A stretch of 64,000 nt of DNA from Candidatus Kaiserbacteria bacterium CG10_big_fil_rev_8_21_14_0_10_47_16 (GCA_002773395.1 PFBI01000006.1:12049-76048); one strand, 5' to 3'. Shown: positions 43,403 through 53,542, counted from the first letter of the stretch. Notes: generated by a model from the letters alone, not told the origin. Made by a program: numbers and translations.

Positions 43403-44326
43403 ATGATGCACGACTTAATTATCATCGGTGGAGGCCCTGCAGGTATTGCTGCCGGCGTCTACGCATCTCGCAAGCAACTCAAGACACAATTTGTTACGAA
43501 AGAATGGGGCGGACAAAGTATTGTCTCTCCCGATATTCAAAACTGGATTGGAACACCACATATTTCTGGTGACGATCTCGCAAAAAACCTTGAGGCTCAC
43601 CTTCGCGAATATGCAGCTGATATAGTTGAGATCAAAAGTGGATCACTCGCGACGGCAGTTACAAAGACCGACGCCGGCTTCTCCGTAACACTTGAAGACG
43701 GATCTACGTCAGAAGCAAAGGCAGTACTGATTGCCGCAGGTTCAAATCGTCGAAAACTCGATGTTCCAGGTGCCGAAGAATTTGATAACAAAGGACTTAC
43801 CTACTGCGCATCATGCGATGGTCCCCTCTTCTCAGGACAAGATGTTGTGGTTGTCGGGGGTGGTAATGCTGGATTCGAAACCGCCGCCCAACTTCTTGCG
43901 TATACAAAGAGCGTGACCCTTCTCCACCGTGGCGATCAATTTAAAGCTGACCCTGTAACCGTAGAAAAAGTCCTCGCCCACAAAAATATGACCGCCGTAT
44001 TAAACGCTACTCCAACTGAAGTCACTGGCGATAAATTTGTAAATGGTCTCACATACACCGATGCAGAAGGTACTGAACACACACTTGCCGTCAATGGCGT
44101 ATTCGTCGAAATTGGAATGATTCCAAACACAGACTTCGTCGCAAATACTCTTAAGCTCGACGACTACAAACGAATTGAAATTGACCCATGGACACAACAA
44201 ACATCTGTTCCTGGTATTTGGGCTGCTGGTGATTGTACAAATATTAAATACCACCAAAACAATATCTCTGCAGGAGATGCGGTTCGTGCACTCGAAGATA
44301 TCTACATCAACCTACACGCCAAGTAG
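43403..44326 (+). CDS. trxB: thioredoxin-disulfide reductase
   Basis: IIIGGGPAGIAAGVYASR (FAD), CASCDG redox-active site, VVVVGGGNAGFETA (NADPH). Confidence 0.85.
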   Translation: MMHDLIIIGGGPAGIAAGVYASRKQLKTQFVTKEWGGQSIVSPDIQNWIGTPHISGDDLAKNLEAHLREYAADIVEIKSGSLATAVTKTDAGFSVTLEDGSTSEAKAVLIAAGSNRRKLDVPGAEEFDNKGLTYCASCDGPLFSGQDVVVVGGGNAGFETAAQLLAYTKSVTLLHRGDQFKADPVTVEKVLAHKNMTAVLNATPTEVTGDKFVNGLTYTDAEGTEHTLAVNGVFVEIGMIPNTDFVANTLKLDDYKRIEIDPWTQQTSVPGIWAAGDCTNIKYHQNNISAGDAVRALEDIYINLHAK

Positions 44327-44331
44327 TCTTT

Positions 44332-45153
44332 CTACAGACTCCCAAAAAAGATTGCTGCCACAACAACTCCCGCAAGAATAATGCGGTACCACACAAACGG
44401 CCACAGCGTGTGTTTTCGTACAAAGCCAATCATAAAGTGAATAGCGAAGAGTCCGACAATAAAGGCTGTTGCAGCTCCTACCGCGACAAGTGGCCACGAG
44501 ATATCCGCATTGAGAGCAAGGAGATCAAGGAGTTTCTTTGCTCCTGCACCAAGAAGTACTGGTATACCAAGCAAGAATGCAAAACGAGTTGATTCACTAC
44601 GCGTAAGTCCGAGAATCATACCTCCAGAAATTGCTGATCCTGAACGTGACATACCTGGAATGAGGGCGAGCGTTTGGAAGAATCCAATCTTAATCGCCAT
44701 AGACACTGTCATGACAGTAGATGGTACGGGTGGTTTTTTTAGATATCGATATTCCGCAAACATAAAGAGTCCTGATCCCACTACAAGAACTCCGGCGACG
44801 AGGAGCGGATTTCGAAACACGGTCTCCATCATTTTTTCAAGGAGAAGTCCGAAGATAACCGCAGGAATTGTTCCGATAATTAACGCCTTGAGGAGCGTTA
44901 CATTCTTTTGATCAACCGGCTGTCTTCCGAGTACGCGGAGAAATGTTTGGAACAGCACCCAAATCTCACTATAAAAATACACAATAATCGCTGCAACAGT
45001 CGCGAGGTGGAGGATTGCATCGAACGCGAGTGCGTTCGCATCTTCACTCCCAAGAAGATTCCCAAAGAGAATCAAGTGTCCCGTAGACGAAACGGGCAAA
45101 AACTCAGTAAGTCCTTGTACGAGTCCGAGAATAATAACTGAAAAGAGATCCAT
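44332..45153 (-). CDS. uppP: undecaprenyl-diphosphate phosphatase
   Basis: VQGLTEFLPVSSTGHLIL; 8-TM BacA pattern. Confidence 0.9.
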   Translation of the reverse strand: MDLFSVIILGLVQGLTEFLPVSSTGHLILFGNLLGSEDANALAFDAILHLATVAAIIVYFYSEIWVLFQTFLRVLGRQPVDQKNVTLLKALIIGTIPAVIFGLLLEKMMETVFRNPLLVAGVLVVGSGLFMFAEYRYLKKPPVPSTVMTVSMAIKIGFFQTLALIPGMSRSGSAISGGMILGLTRSESTRFAFLLGIPVLLGAGAKKLLDLLALNADISWPLVAVGAATAFIVGLFAIHFMIGFVRKHTLWPFVWYRIILAGVVVAAIFFGSL

Positions 45154-45277
45154 AGATATAACTGAGGCTTGATAATAGTACCGAAAGAACGGCTATACAG
45201 CGCGGTTCTGTAGGATAGATACCAGTATACTACATATGGTATACTTTTCTCATACTACTTTAGAATAGTCATCACGT

Positions 45278-45988
45278 ATGGAGAAAAATCCTTTTGCCGT
45301 CCCTATCGCAATAATCATCGCTGCCGGCCTTCTTGCGGGAGCAATCTACTTCAGTGGAAAACAAAATTCTGCGAATACTGCCAATGACGGTGATTCTTCA
45401 CCGAGTGAAGAAATTACCATCCCTCCAGTGACTGAAGCGGATCACATCTTAGGAAATCCAAATGCTCCAATCATGATTGTTGAGTATTCGGATTATGATT
45501 GTCCGTTCTGTAAAAATTTCCATGAGACAATGAAAAAAATCATGGATGACTATGGAGCAGGCGGCAAGGTTGCATGGGTCTATCGCTATTTCCCACTCCA
45601 ACAACTTCACCCGAATGCGCCTGAGCTTGCAGTCTCTGCCGAATGTGTCGCGGAACTCGGAGGAAACGATGCGTTCTGGAAATTCAGTGATCTCGTCTTT
45701 AGTGAACGAGATACCAACGAACAGACCGATATGACACGCGTACCTGAGTTTGTTGCAGCAGCCGGCGTCGACACTACAGCATTCCAAGAATGTCTCGATA
45801 GTGGTCGCTACAAATCTCTCGTAGAACAGCAGTTCAATGACGCTGTTGCGGCTGGCGGACGTGGTACTCCATACCCAATCGTCGTTGTCGGGGATCAGAA
45901 AGGCACGATCCAAGGAGCACAGCCATACTCAGTAGTAAAACAAATGATTGATACCCTTATCGCACAACTCGATAACTCAGGTAACTAA
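45278..45988 (+). CDS. DsbA-like thiol:disulfide oxidoreductase, membrane-anchored
   Basis: N-terminal TM; thioredoxin-fold CPFC active site (EYSDYDCPFCKNFH). Confidence 0.75.
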   Translation: MEKNPFAVPIAIIIAAGLLAGAIYFSGKQNSANTANDGDSSPSEEITIPPVTEADHILGNPNAPIMIVEYSDYDCPFCKNFHETMKKIMDDYGAGGKVAWVYRYFPLQQLHPNAPELAVSAECVAELGGNDAFWKFSDLVFSERDTNEQTDMTRVPEFVAAAGVDTTAFQECLDSGRYKSLVEQQFNDAVAAGGRGTPYPIVVVGDQKGTIQGAQPYSVVKQMIDTLIAQLDNSGN

Positions 45989-45989
45989 T

Positions 45990-46026
45990 AAAAAAGACCG
46001 ATCGCTCTGCGATCGGTCTTTTTTAT
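45990..46026. terminator. bidirectional intrinsic terminator (aaaaagaccgatcgctctgcgatcggtctttttt)
   Basis: 11-bp stem with A5/T6, between convergent genes. Confidence 0.8.
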
Positions 46027-46033
46027 TACCCTC

Positions 46034-49000
46034 TTATTCTCCCTCCCCCATAAAGCGTGCAGCAAGCTGGCAGTAGTTGCTCGTTTTTGGATCACACGAT
46101 TCTTTAAGAAATGCGCCTGATGCAATCTCCTTTGCGACCCGAATAATGTCTCCTTTGAGCGCATCAACTTCTTCGTCAGTGATAGAGAACGTTTCCTCGT
46201 GAATGACTCCCTTACTATCAGGCTCCACAAACGAAACCGTCATCTCACGACAGAGATACCGTTCGTCGCCATAGAGCGAGAGGAGTAACGCATAAAATAC
46301 GAGCTGGCGTTTGTACTTTCCATCTGAACTCTTTGTTTCTCCCGCTATGTCGCCACGCGTTTTCGGCTTCCCTGTTTTGTAATCAATAACCCGAAGCAGC
46401 TTCCCTCCTGCATCAAAATCAAGTCGATCGAGCTTCCCTGTCAGCGGAATTTCTGGCAGATCAGGGTCTCCCGTCGGAAGTACTACCCGCAGTGAGAACT
46501 CTTCTTTTGCTGACTCCGTCAATGAGTTCTTAAGATGCGTACTGTACGCATAGAGGGCTGCAAGGCCGCGTTCGAGTTGTCGTACGTATTCTTCTTTCGT
46601 AAGTGGTAAACGGCCGAGTGCTTGTTCTAGAAATTTCTTGATCTCGGTATCCGTCGGAAGCACACCGGTGCTTGTGCGCAGTTTTGTCGCCCGTTCAAGC
46701 ACACTATGTACTGCAGTACCGTACTGCATTGGGACTGCCTGCACCTCCGGTATGCGGAGCATGTTACGGAAAAAGTAATTCCATGGGCTTTCCAAATAGT
46801 TATTGAGGTGCGTCGCTGAGAGTCCTCGCTCAAGCAGGAGCTTGCGAAGGAGCGCAGCATCAACCTGCGCGCCATGCATCGTCGCGCTCATATGAGCGAG
46901 TGGTTCAAAAGATTTTTCTTCAGCGTCGGTATCAACGAGCGCAACATATTCTTGACCGATACCCTCAAACAACCGCGATGGTGTCAGCTCCCTTCCGTCT
47001 GCATTTGTTTCTGCTTGTGAGAGAAATAGATATGACTTTGCGCGGGTCATTGCAACATAGAGAAGTCTCCGTTCATCATCCAGTCCATCGAGAGGCGTTG
47101 TGATGTGTTTGGTAAGTGGAATATCAAAGAGTGTTCGATGCGTACGACCGCCCCACAGATTGTCTGAGAGGTGCGGTATGTACACGACGCTAAATTCAAG
47201 ACCTTTCGACTTATGTGCAGTCATCACCTCGACTGCGTGTGCGTCATTGGCAATATACGGCGCATTGAGTGGGAGGAGGTACGCACGTCGCTTCGTAAGA
47301 ACCGCTTGTACTTCACGAAGCGTTCCTGCGCCATCACGACGTACCATTTCCTCCACTTCGTCGTACAGCCTGCGCACCGTGCGGACCCCTTCAAATGGGC
47401 TCTCGTTCATGACGTGTTCAATGAAACCACTTTCGGTAAGCAGACATTCGAGCACTCGATGTGGCGCTTCGGTCACCTCACGCTGCCGCGCCATCGTTAA
47501 TACCTTCATGATATTTTCTGCAGCCGCAACATCGGATACGCCAATCTCTGCAAGTGTGTCTGTATCACTCAGTATCTTTGTGAGCGAACGTGAGTAACTT
47601 CGTGCACTGGCAATGCGGACTAAATCTTCTGGCGTCAGTCCCCAATACGCTCCGTGCAGAACGGTAAACAACGCTGACTCGTTCTCGGTATCAATCGCAG
47701 CATCAATGAGTGCCTGTACCGCCTGAGTAATAGGGTGGAGCAAAATATCACCTTCAGCTGATGCGTGCGCGGCAATACCCGCTCGGCGAAGTGCTTCAGC
47801 GTACTCCTCAACTTCACGGTTCGTACGTACAATGACCGCAATCTCTGAAGCGGGAACACCTTCCGTAATACGATGTTTAATATCCTTCACCACAAAGGCA
47901 TCCTCAATGGCCTGATGCGAGAAATCACGACGCTCAACCTGCGCTACAGCATCCGGAAGTGCCGTAAGCGGTACACGAAGATCTTTGAGTGGGCCGTCTT
48001 CGACCGCAATCAAACTGTGCGCTGCATCGAGAATCTTCTGACCAGACCGGTAGTTTTGTGTGAGTGCAATAGTTGCTGTCTCTGAAAAGACATCTTCAAA
48101 ATAAAGAAAGTTTTCAAGTGATGCGCCTTGAAAGCGAAAGATTGCCTGCTTCTCATCTCCCACTGCAAAAATATTTGGTCGCTCGTGATACGACGCAAGT
48201 AATTCTAAAATACGGTTTTGGCTGCCATTCACATCTTGGTGCTCGTCGGCGTGTATATATTGATACGTTTCCTGCAGGTCTCGGAGCATGTCTTCGTTCT
48301 TTTCAAGTGCGTCAATCGTCTCCAGAATCATGTCATCAAAGTCGTACAATCGTTTGTCAGTAAGGAGTGCCTGGTATCTCCGGTACACAAAGAGAAGCTC
48401 TTTATTTTTCCCAACTGCTTTTTCCTTCGTCGCATATTCACCGCGAACCTTTCCTTTGTGCGCACCCTTTTCATGTACTTTTTGAATATTTGCGAGATCG
48501 ATTTCTTGTGACGCAATAATGGTCGCGAATGTATCGGGAGTGATGTACTCCTTTTTCATAGATTCAATCGCACTCAGTATCGGTCGTATGTAGTACGACG
48601 GATCTCCGTGGGGTCGTAGGAGGCGAATTTCACCAGATTCAATGATTGATTCCAAGATTGAGATCTTATCGAGGTCAGACGCAGGACGTCCGCCAACAAC
48701 TCTATCGTATGCATCGGGATACTTCCCAATACATTCTTTTGCAAATCCATGGAAGGTTTGAATCGGTACTCGATACCCTTCACTCCCAATGTACCCACGA
48801 AGACGTTCACGCATCGCCTTTGCACCCGCATCAGTAAAGGTAAGCGCAAGAATATTTTCTGGCGCGGTATCCGTCCTCCGTAGAATATTTGCAATACGAA
48901 GGGTGAGAATCTGGGTCTTACCCGTTCCTGGACCTGCAATAACCATGACCGGACCTTCGATCGTATCCACTGCTTTTTTCTGTTCTTTGTTGAGCCGTGC

Positions 49001-49042
49001 GTACGCTGTTGAAAAGGCGTCCGTCGCTGTAGATTTCTCCAT
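46034..49042 (-). CDS. ATP-dependent UvrD/PcrA-type helicase fused to a C-terminal RecB-family PD-(D/E)XK nuclease (AddA/AdnB-like)
   Basis: VIAGPGTGKTQ (motif I); nuclease motifs LDRLDFDAGG, IDYKTGK, QLVFYALLL. C-terminal cysteines C..C-x7-C. The start was taken at MEKSTATD (49042) after a TATACT box. Confidence 0.85.
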   Translation of the reverse strand: MEKSTATDAFSTAYARLNKEQKKAVDTIEGPVMVIAGPGTGKTQILTLRIANILRRTDTAPENILALTFTDAGAKAMRERLRGYIGSEGYRVPIQTFHGFAKECIGKYPDAYDRVVGGRPASDLDKISILESIIESGEIRLLRPHGDPSYYIRPILSAIESMKKEYITPDTFATIIASQEIDLANIQKVHEKGAHKGKVRGEYATKEKAVGKNKELLFVYRRYQALLTDKRLYDFDDMILETIDALEKNEDMLRDLQETYQYIHADEHQDVNGSQNRILELLASYHERPNIFAVGDEKQAIFRFQGASLENFLYFEDVFSETATIALTQNYRSGQKILDAAHSLIAVEDGPLKDLRVPLTALPDAVAQVERRDFSHQAIEDAFVVKDIKHRITEGVPASEIAVIVRTNREVEEYAEALRRAGIAAHASAEGDILLHPITQAVQALIDAAIDTENESALFTVLHGAYWGLTPEDLVRIASARSYSRSLTKILSDTDTLAEIGVSDVAAAENIMKVLTMARQREVTEAPHRVLECLLTESGFIEHVMNESPFEGVRTVRRLYDEVEEMVRRDGAGTLREVQAVLTKRRAYLLPLNAPYIANDAHAVEVMTAHKSKGLEFSVVYIPHLSDNLWGGRTHRTLFDIPLTKHITTPLDGLDDERRLLYVAMTRAKSYLFLSQAETNADGRELTPSRLFEGIGQEYVALVDTDAEEKSFEPLAHMSATMHGAQVDAALLRKLLLERGLSATHLNNYLESPWNYFFRNMLRIPEVQAVPMQYGTAVHSVLERATKLRTSTGVLPTDTEIKKFLEQALGRLPLTKEEYVRQLERGLAALYAYSTHLKNSLTESAKEEFSLRVVLPTGDPDLPEIPLTGKLDRLDFDAGGKLLRVIDYKTGKPKTRGDIAGETKSSDGKYKRQLVFYALLLSLYGDERYLCREMTVSFVEPDSKGVIHEETFSITDEEVDALKGDIIRVAKEIASGAFLKESCDPKTSNYCQLAARFMGEGE

Positions 49043-49168
49043 AATACAAGCAGTATACCAAGAAATCCGTAGAACACAGTCTGTGCTTGCAAGATATAAA
49101 AATAGGCATAGTATAGTGCCTGTGCCCTGTGGGGCATTTTGTTTTCCCACGTTTTAAAGAAGTTTTCT

Positions 49169-51256
49169 ATGCTATCACCCCAAGTATTTCTCTCATTCTT
49201 TGTTATTCTCGCGCTTTCAAGTCTCGCGGTCTTTGTCGCACGAAAGGTTCGCCTGCCCCACACTGTATTCCTTGTTGTCGTTGGTGCGATACTTGGTTTC
49301 CTCTCATTCCTGCCCCCATTTACGTTCATTAGTCAGTTTGAATTTACGCCAGGACTCCTTTTTTACCTTCTTCTCCCAACGCTCATTTTTGAGTCTGCGT
49401 TTGCTATGCAAATCCGACGTATTCTTGCCGATATTCCAATCATCTTCCTGCTTGCGGTTGTTGGACTTCTTATATCAGCACTCGCGATCGCCGCAGGTCT
49501 CTCATTCGGTTTCGGACTCATCGGTCTTTCTGTTCCTTTCTCATTTCTTTTCCTCTTTGGCGCAATCATTTCAGCAACAGATCCAGTTGCGGTTCTCGCC
49601 CTCTTCAAAGAGTATGGCGCTCCGGAACGTCTCTCCCTCATTTTTGAAGGAGAGAGTCTTTTCAACGATGCAACGGCGGTAGCACTTTTCTTCATTGTAC
49701 TCGGTGTGATTACCGAAGGATTTCACGGTTCAAGCACAGTGAGTATTGCAGTGGTGAATTTCACATTCATGATGATTGGCGGAATTCTCTTCGGTGCACT
49801 TATTGGGAATCTCTTCTCATGGCTCGTTGGAAAAGCTCGTGAAAACGAAGTGGCGAGTATTACACTCACTATCGCTCTTGCGCATATTACGTTTATTCTC
49901 TCTGAAGTTATTTCTGAACACCTCGTATTCTTCAACACGCAGTTTGCAATCTCTTCGATCGTCGCAACTACTGTGGCTTCGCTCATCATGGGTAATTACG
50001 GACGAGCAAAGATTCACCCATCTGCGGATGAATTCGTATCGAAGCTCTGGAGCCAGCTTGCCTTCATGGCAAACTCAACGATTTTTGTCCTCATCGGACT
50101 TCTTTTTGTGCGAAGTGGTGTATTCACCAACGGAATGATTGTGCCTATTCTTGTCACGATTATTGTGGTCGCTATTGCGCGCGCACTCTCTATTTACCCT
50201 GTCGCCTTTATCTATAATCTCTTTGCAAAATCAAGTCGCGACCTACCAACTGCGTGGGTACACCTCCTTTCGTGGGGCAGTCTCCGTGGTGCACTCGCCA
50301 TTACGATGGTACTCCTTGTGCCTGCTGATCTTGAAATCCCTGGATGGACATTCAGTATTTCTCCACAAGCCTTCCTCCTTTCTCTCACCGCAGGTTGTAT
50401 ATTCGCAACACTCTTCCTTAAAGCAACGACCATTCGTCCGTTTATGCGAAAGCTTAAGCTCGACGCGCATACTGATCTTGAGGAACTTCAACTCTACGAA
50501 GCGCAGGCAATCATCCATGAACGTATTACCGAACGTCTACGGCAACACCACAAGCGCGGCTATATTGCCGACGGTGTGTTTGAAACTCTGTTGAAGGAAC
50601 ATGTCGATGCATTTACGAAAGCGTGTGCGGCGGTTACTTCATGCGGAGAGCGTAATGAAGAACGTGCACAGAGTGTGATTCGTATGTACGCCATCGGTAT
50701 TGAATTTCTTTATCTCAAAGAACTCTATCAATACAATGAAGTGAACGAGTTTGTCTACCGTCGTATTTTTGGTAAGCTCTCAGCCCAATTTGAAGCTATT
50801 GAACACGGCAATCTTTCTGCTGACTCTGTGATGCATACCGACGGAAAGGACGTCTTTGAAAAGATGGCAGCACGCATCCATGGCGCGCTCTTCCCGAAGT
50901 CAGTTGGCACTATCGCGGAAGAGAATTACCTCTACTACCGCGCGCAGTCTATTATTTCCCGAAAGGTACTCAAGGAGCTTAATCGTCATGACGACAGCGA
51001 CGCCATCAGCATCTTCTCTGAGCAAGCGTTTAGTGAAATCATCCGAATCTACGAATCGTATAAAGAACAATCAAAAGCAAAAATGCTCAAGATTGCAGAG
51101 GAACACCCTGAGACAATCGCTGCACTCTCTCAGTCGCTTGCAGTACGCGGTGTCTATAAGACAGCCTCACAGACACTCAGTGAACTCCGCAGCACACAAC
51201 TCATCACTGCGAACCTTCAGATCGCCCTCAGTGACGAACTCAAAGAAGCCGACTAA
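49169..51256 (+). CDS. CPA1-family Na+(K+)/H+ antiporter (NhaP-type) with a ~300-aa cytoplasmic C-terminal domain
   Basis: ATDPVAVLALFKEYGAPERLSLIFEGESLFNDATAV are the NhaP TM4/5 signature motifs. 12 TM. Confidence 0.8.
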   Translation: MLSPQVFLSFFVILALSSLAVFVARKVRLPHTVFLVVVGAILGFLSFLPPFTFISQFEFTPGLLFYLLLPTLIFESAFAMQIRRILADIPIIFLLAVVGLLISALAIAAGLSFGFGLIGLSVPFSFLFLFGAIISATDPVAVLALFKEYGAPERLSLIFEGESLFNDATAVALFFIVLGVITEGFHGSSTVSIAVVNFTFMMIGGILFGALIGNLFSWLVGKARENEVASITLTIALAHITFILSEVISEHLVFFNTQFAISSIVATTVASLIMGNYGRAKIHPSADEFVSKLWSQLAFMANSTIFVLIGLLFVRSGVFTNGMIVPILVTIIVVAIARALSIYPVAFIYNLFAKSSRDLPTAWVHLLSWGSLRGALAITMVLLVPADLEIPGWTFSISPQAFLLSLTAGCIFATLFLKATTIRPFMRKLKLDAHTDLEELQLYEAQAIIHERITERLRQHHKRGYIADGVFETLLKEHVDAFTKACAAVTSCGERNEERAQSVIRMYAIGIEFLYLKELYQYNEVNEFVYRRIFGKLSAQFEAIEHGNLSADSVMHTDGKDVFEKMAARIHGALFPKSVGTIAEENYLYYRAQSIISRKVLKELNRHDDSDAISIFSEQAFSEIIRIYESYKEQSKAKMLKIAEEHPETIAALSQSLAVRGVYKTASQTLSELRSTQLITANLQIALSDELKEAD

Positions 51257-51267
51257 CACAAGGAATA

Positions 51268-51303
51268 TAAAAACAGCGAGCCGTACCGGCTCGCTGTTTT
51301 TAT
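51268..51303. terminator. bidirectional intrinsic terminator (aaaaacagcgagccgtaccggctcgctgttttt)
   Basis: 11-bp stem with A5/T5 between convergent genes. Confidence 0.8.
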
Positions 51304-51304
51304 A

Positions 51305-51673
51305 TTAGTCTCGTCCGAATCGCATCATTCGTTTGATCATTGCACCGCCCCGCTTTACTAACGTCTGCTCCTTACTCTGCGCCTTCCGAATCTCGCGCTC
51401 GACCTCATTTCGCATTTGGTCAATAGATTTTTCAATCTGGTCAGTCGTTGCTTCTGCTCGATATAACTTGCCGCCAACTCGAATATTTACTTCGGCGCGG
51501 AAGATATTTCCACTGTGACTCCCTGTCATCTTCTCAAGCTCAATATCACAGGTCACGTCTGGTCGGTCGCCGATGAATTTACCCAGTTTTGCAAATTTTT
51601 GTTCAACGAGTGTCCGAAGTGTGTCGGTCACTTCGATGTTCGATCCTTGGATGTGCGTAATTGAAAATGTCAT
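51305..51673 (-). CDS. hpf: ribosome hibernation-promoting factor (RaiA/HPF, short form)
   Basis: ITHIQGSNIEVTDTLRTLVEQKFAKLGKF...GNIFRAEVNIRVGGKLYRAEATTDQIEKSIDQ. Confidence 0.85.
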   Translation of the reverse strand: MTFSITHIQGSNIEVTDTLRTLVEQKFAKLGKFIGDRPDVTCDIELEKMTGSHSGNIFRAEVNIRVGGKLYRAEATTDQIEKSIDQMRNEVEREIRKAQSKEQTLVKRGGAMIKRMMRFGRD

Positions 51674-51683
51674 AGGTACAATA

Positions 51684-51908
51684 TTATTTCTTTATAATAT
51701 CAAAAATCTTGGTTGGGGACCGATGTCCGGCAGTGATACGTACATCCCGTACCGGTACTTCGTATATTTCAGCAAGCACTGCTTGCACCCGTCGGTTTGC
51801 AAGATTCCGCTCTGCTGGCTCACGTACTGATAGGGCAAACTCAGTATCACTTACTTTTTTTACCAATTCCTTACGCGCTCCCGCAACTACTCTTACTCTA
51901 ACATACAT
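51684..51908 (-). CDS. DUF167 (YggU/UPF0235) family protein
   Basis: VRVVAGARKELV...LSVREPAERNLANRRVQAVLAEIYEVPVRDVRITAGHRSPTKIF. Confidence 0.65.
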   Translation of the reverse strand: MYVRVRVVAGARKELVKKVSDTEFALSVREPAERNLANRRVQAVLAEIYEVPVRDVRITAGHRSPTKIFDIIKK

Positions 51909-52183
51909 ACATTTGGTTCTGTCGTATCACCTTTTTGTGAAGCCATTCCAGAACCATAGTTCTTTTCAAGATACTCAGAAATAGGACCTGATTCGTACAT
52001 GAATGTACCTGTTTCAGGGTCAATCATAAAGGGAGTCTGCCCTTTCCCGCCCTTTTCAACGAGTTCGTCCATAACACCTTCATCGGCAATATTTTTCTCG
52101 TCAATCGTAAGGTTTAAGTCTTCAACTTTTTTAAGTACCATTGCGCAAAATGGGCACCCTGTCTTTACATAAAGCGTAATCAT
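51893..52183 (-). CDS. glutaredoxin-like protein (CPFC active site)
   Basis: MITLYVKTGCPFCAMVLKKVEDLNL...TPFMIDPETG. Confidence 0.75.
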   Translation of the reverse strand: MITLYVKTGCPFCAMVLKKVEDLNLTIDEKNIADEGVMDELVEKGGKGQTPFMIDPETGTFMYESGPISEYLEKNYGSGMASQKGDTTEPNVCMLE

Positions 52184-52233
52184 GAAATCAAAAATCGTTA
52201 TATCGTAATGTTGTGTAAGTATACTACACCCAC

Positions 52234-52854
52234 CTATGGCCGCTTATATCGTGCAGTAAGCGTCGCACTCTCAATCATCATACCTTTTGCTGCAATCTCC
52301 ACTTCATCGAGCGTTGGCGCTTTAATGAAGTTGAGCGTACCGGTCACCGCGTACAGTCGAAAGATGTATCGGTGTTCAGTCGGCTCTATATCTGTTGGCG
52401 GACACGGACCTGTATATTCTGCATTCCCTGCAGAATTAAGACCGGTTGTACCGAGGCGATCTTCTTCGTTAATTTCTCGTGTGCTCGGGACGATATTGTA
52501 GAGAACCCAATGATCAAACTTTTCTATTCCCCGCTGCTGTTTTATGCTCTCTGGAATATCAGGATCATCCATTACGAGAATGAGTGATTCTGTTCCTTCA
52601 GGAACTCCACTGATTAAGAGTGGCGGATTAAGATATCGTTTTCCATCACAGGTATATTCTGCGGGAATTGTCCCCCCATCAACAAACACCGGTGAAGTCA
52701 GTTTTAGCATAGTTGTTTCATCAGTAGATGAATAATCGGCTTCTTGAGGAGTCTCTCCCTCTTTTGTTGGAGCATCGGCATGTTCAAGTGCGAAAAATGC
52801 ACCGCCAATGATAACGAGAAAGAGAATACCGAGTAAACCGTATGCTCGTCGCAT
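52234..52854 (-). CDS. YbhB/YbcL-family PEBP (Raf-kinase-inhibitor-like) protein, secreted or anchored
   Basis: N-terminal TM/signal; HRYIFRLYAVTG; DPDIPE...FDHWVLYNI. Confidence 0.8.
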   Translation of the reverse strand: MRRAYGLLGILFLVIIGGAFFALEHADAPTKEGETPQEADYSSTDETTMLKLTSPVFVDGGTIPAEYTCDGKRYLNPPLLISGVPEGTESLILVMDDPDIPESIKQQRGIEKFDHWVLYNIVPSTREINEEDRLGTTGLNSAGNAEYTGPCPPTDIEPTEHRYIFRLYAVTGTLNFIKAPTLDEVEIAAKGMMIESATLTARYKRP

Positions 52855-52863
52855 AATGTATGC

Positions 52864-52891
52864 ATTATACCATATGTCTCATCTTGTCGAA
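52864..52891 (-). promoter_or_regulatory. putative sigma70-like promoter (TTCGAC-16-TATAAT) for the PEBP gene, giving a near-leaderless transcript
   Basis: -10 TATAAT sits 11 nt upstream of the ATG on the minus strand. Confidence 0.3.
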
Positions 52892-53209
52892 GAAGCCTCT
52901 TCACGGCATGTTCATGACACTTTAGTATAATGACTGCAGTACGATATGATTTCTTAAATGATTAGGTAGTGAAGCAAGTGTGTTCTGAACCATTTGTAGT
53001 AGCTACTCATACCGTTTTATTTTGTTCTTTAATGTTTTGTTGTACAACCCACTTTAGGCGGTGCCTTTGTGTGCCGCTTATTGTTATGACACTGCTTTTT
53101 AGCACGATACCCTGCCTCTTTGAGGCGGGGTATTCGTATAAATGACTGTATAAAAAAGCCGCCCTCTCGTTGAGACGAAAGTTTGGCTTTCTTCTCGCGT
53201 AGGGCGGTC

Positions 53210-53428
53210 TCATCGGTACTCCACTCGATACCAGAACCATGTAGTAAGGCGAGTCCTGTTACCAATAATTGCTTCTTGGCGCAGAATTTCTTCATGCGCC
53301 AAGCCAAGCCAGGGGCCTGAATATCGTAGACCTGATACCAAACTCTCCTGGACTAAACGGCACTCACCAGGGTCAGTGCCATTGAGGATTCGAGTAAGAC
53401 TGCTGGGTAATTCTATACCGGGAACCAT
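53210..53428 (-). CDS. small ORF (72 aa) with a perfect SD; its C-terminal 40 aa weakly resemble a degenerate tyrosine-recombinase box II (LRYS...IIGNRTRLTTWFWY)
   Basis: AAGGAG 6 nt upstream of ATG. Alignment to H.LRHT..L...G......Q.LGH...TT..Y.H with both His positions substituted. Confidence 0.3.
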   Translation of the reverse strand: MVPGIELPSSLTRILNGTDPGECRLVQESLVSGLRYSGPWLGLAHEEILRQEAIIGNRTRLTTWFWYRVEYR

Positions 53429-53542
53429 TTTTTACTCCTTTCTCACCACAATTGGTGCACTTCTTGAACCAGAGTTTGATTGGTACGCTGCGCTTTGCGC
53501 GCAGAAGACTTCCGCTTCCACGACACCTCTTGCACGTCTTCA

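Noticed and set aside
52855-53540. A full-length integrase gene in the tRNA-Asn-adjacent region
   Set aside because: Only a 40-aa box-II-like tail is discernible and both catalytic His positions are substituted. The upstream frames contain stops. It is reported only as a possible remnant.
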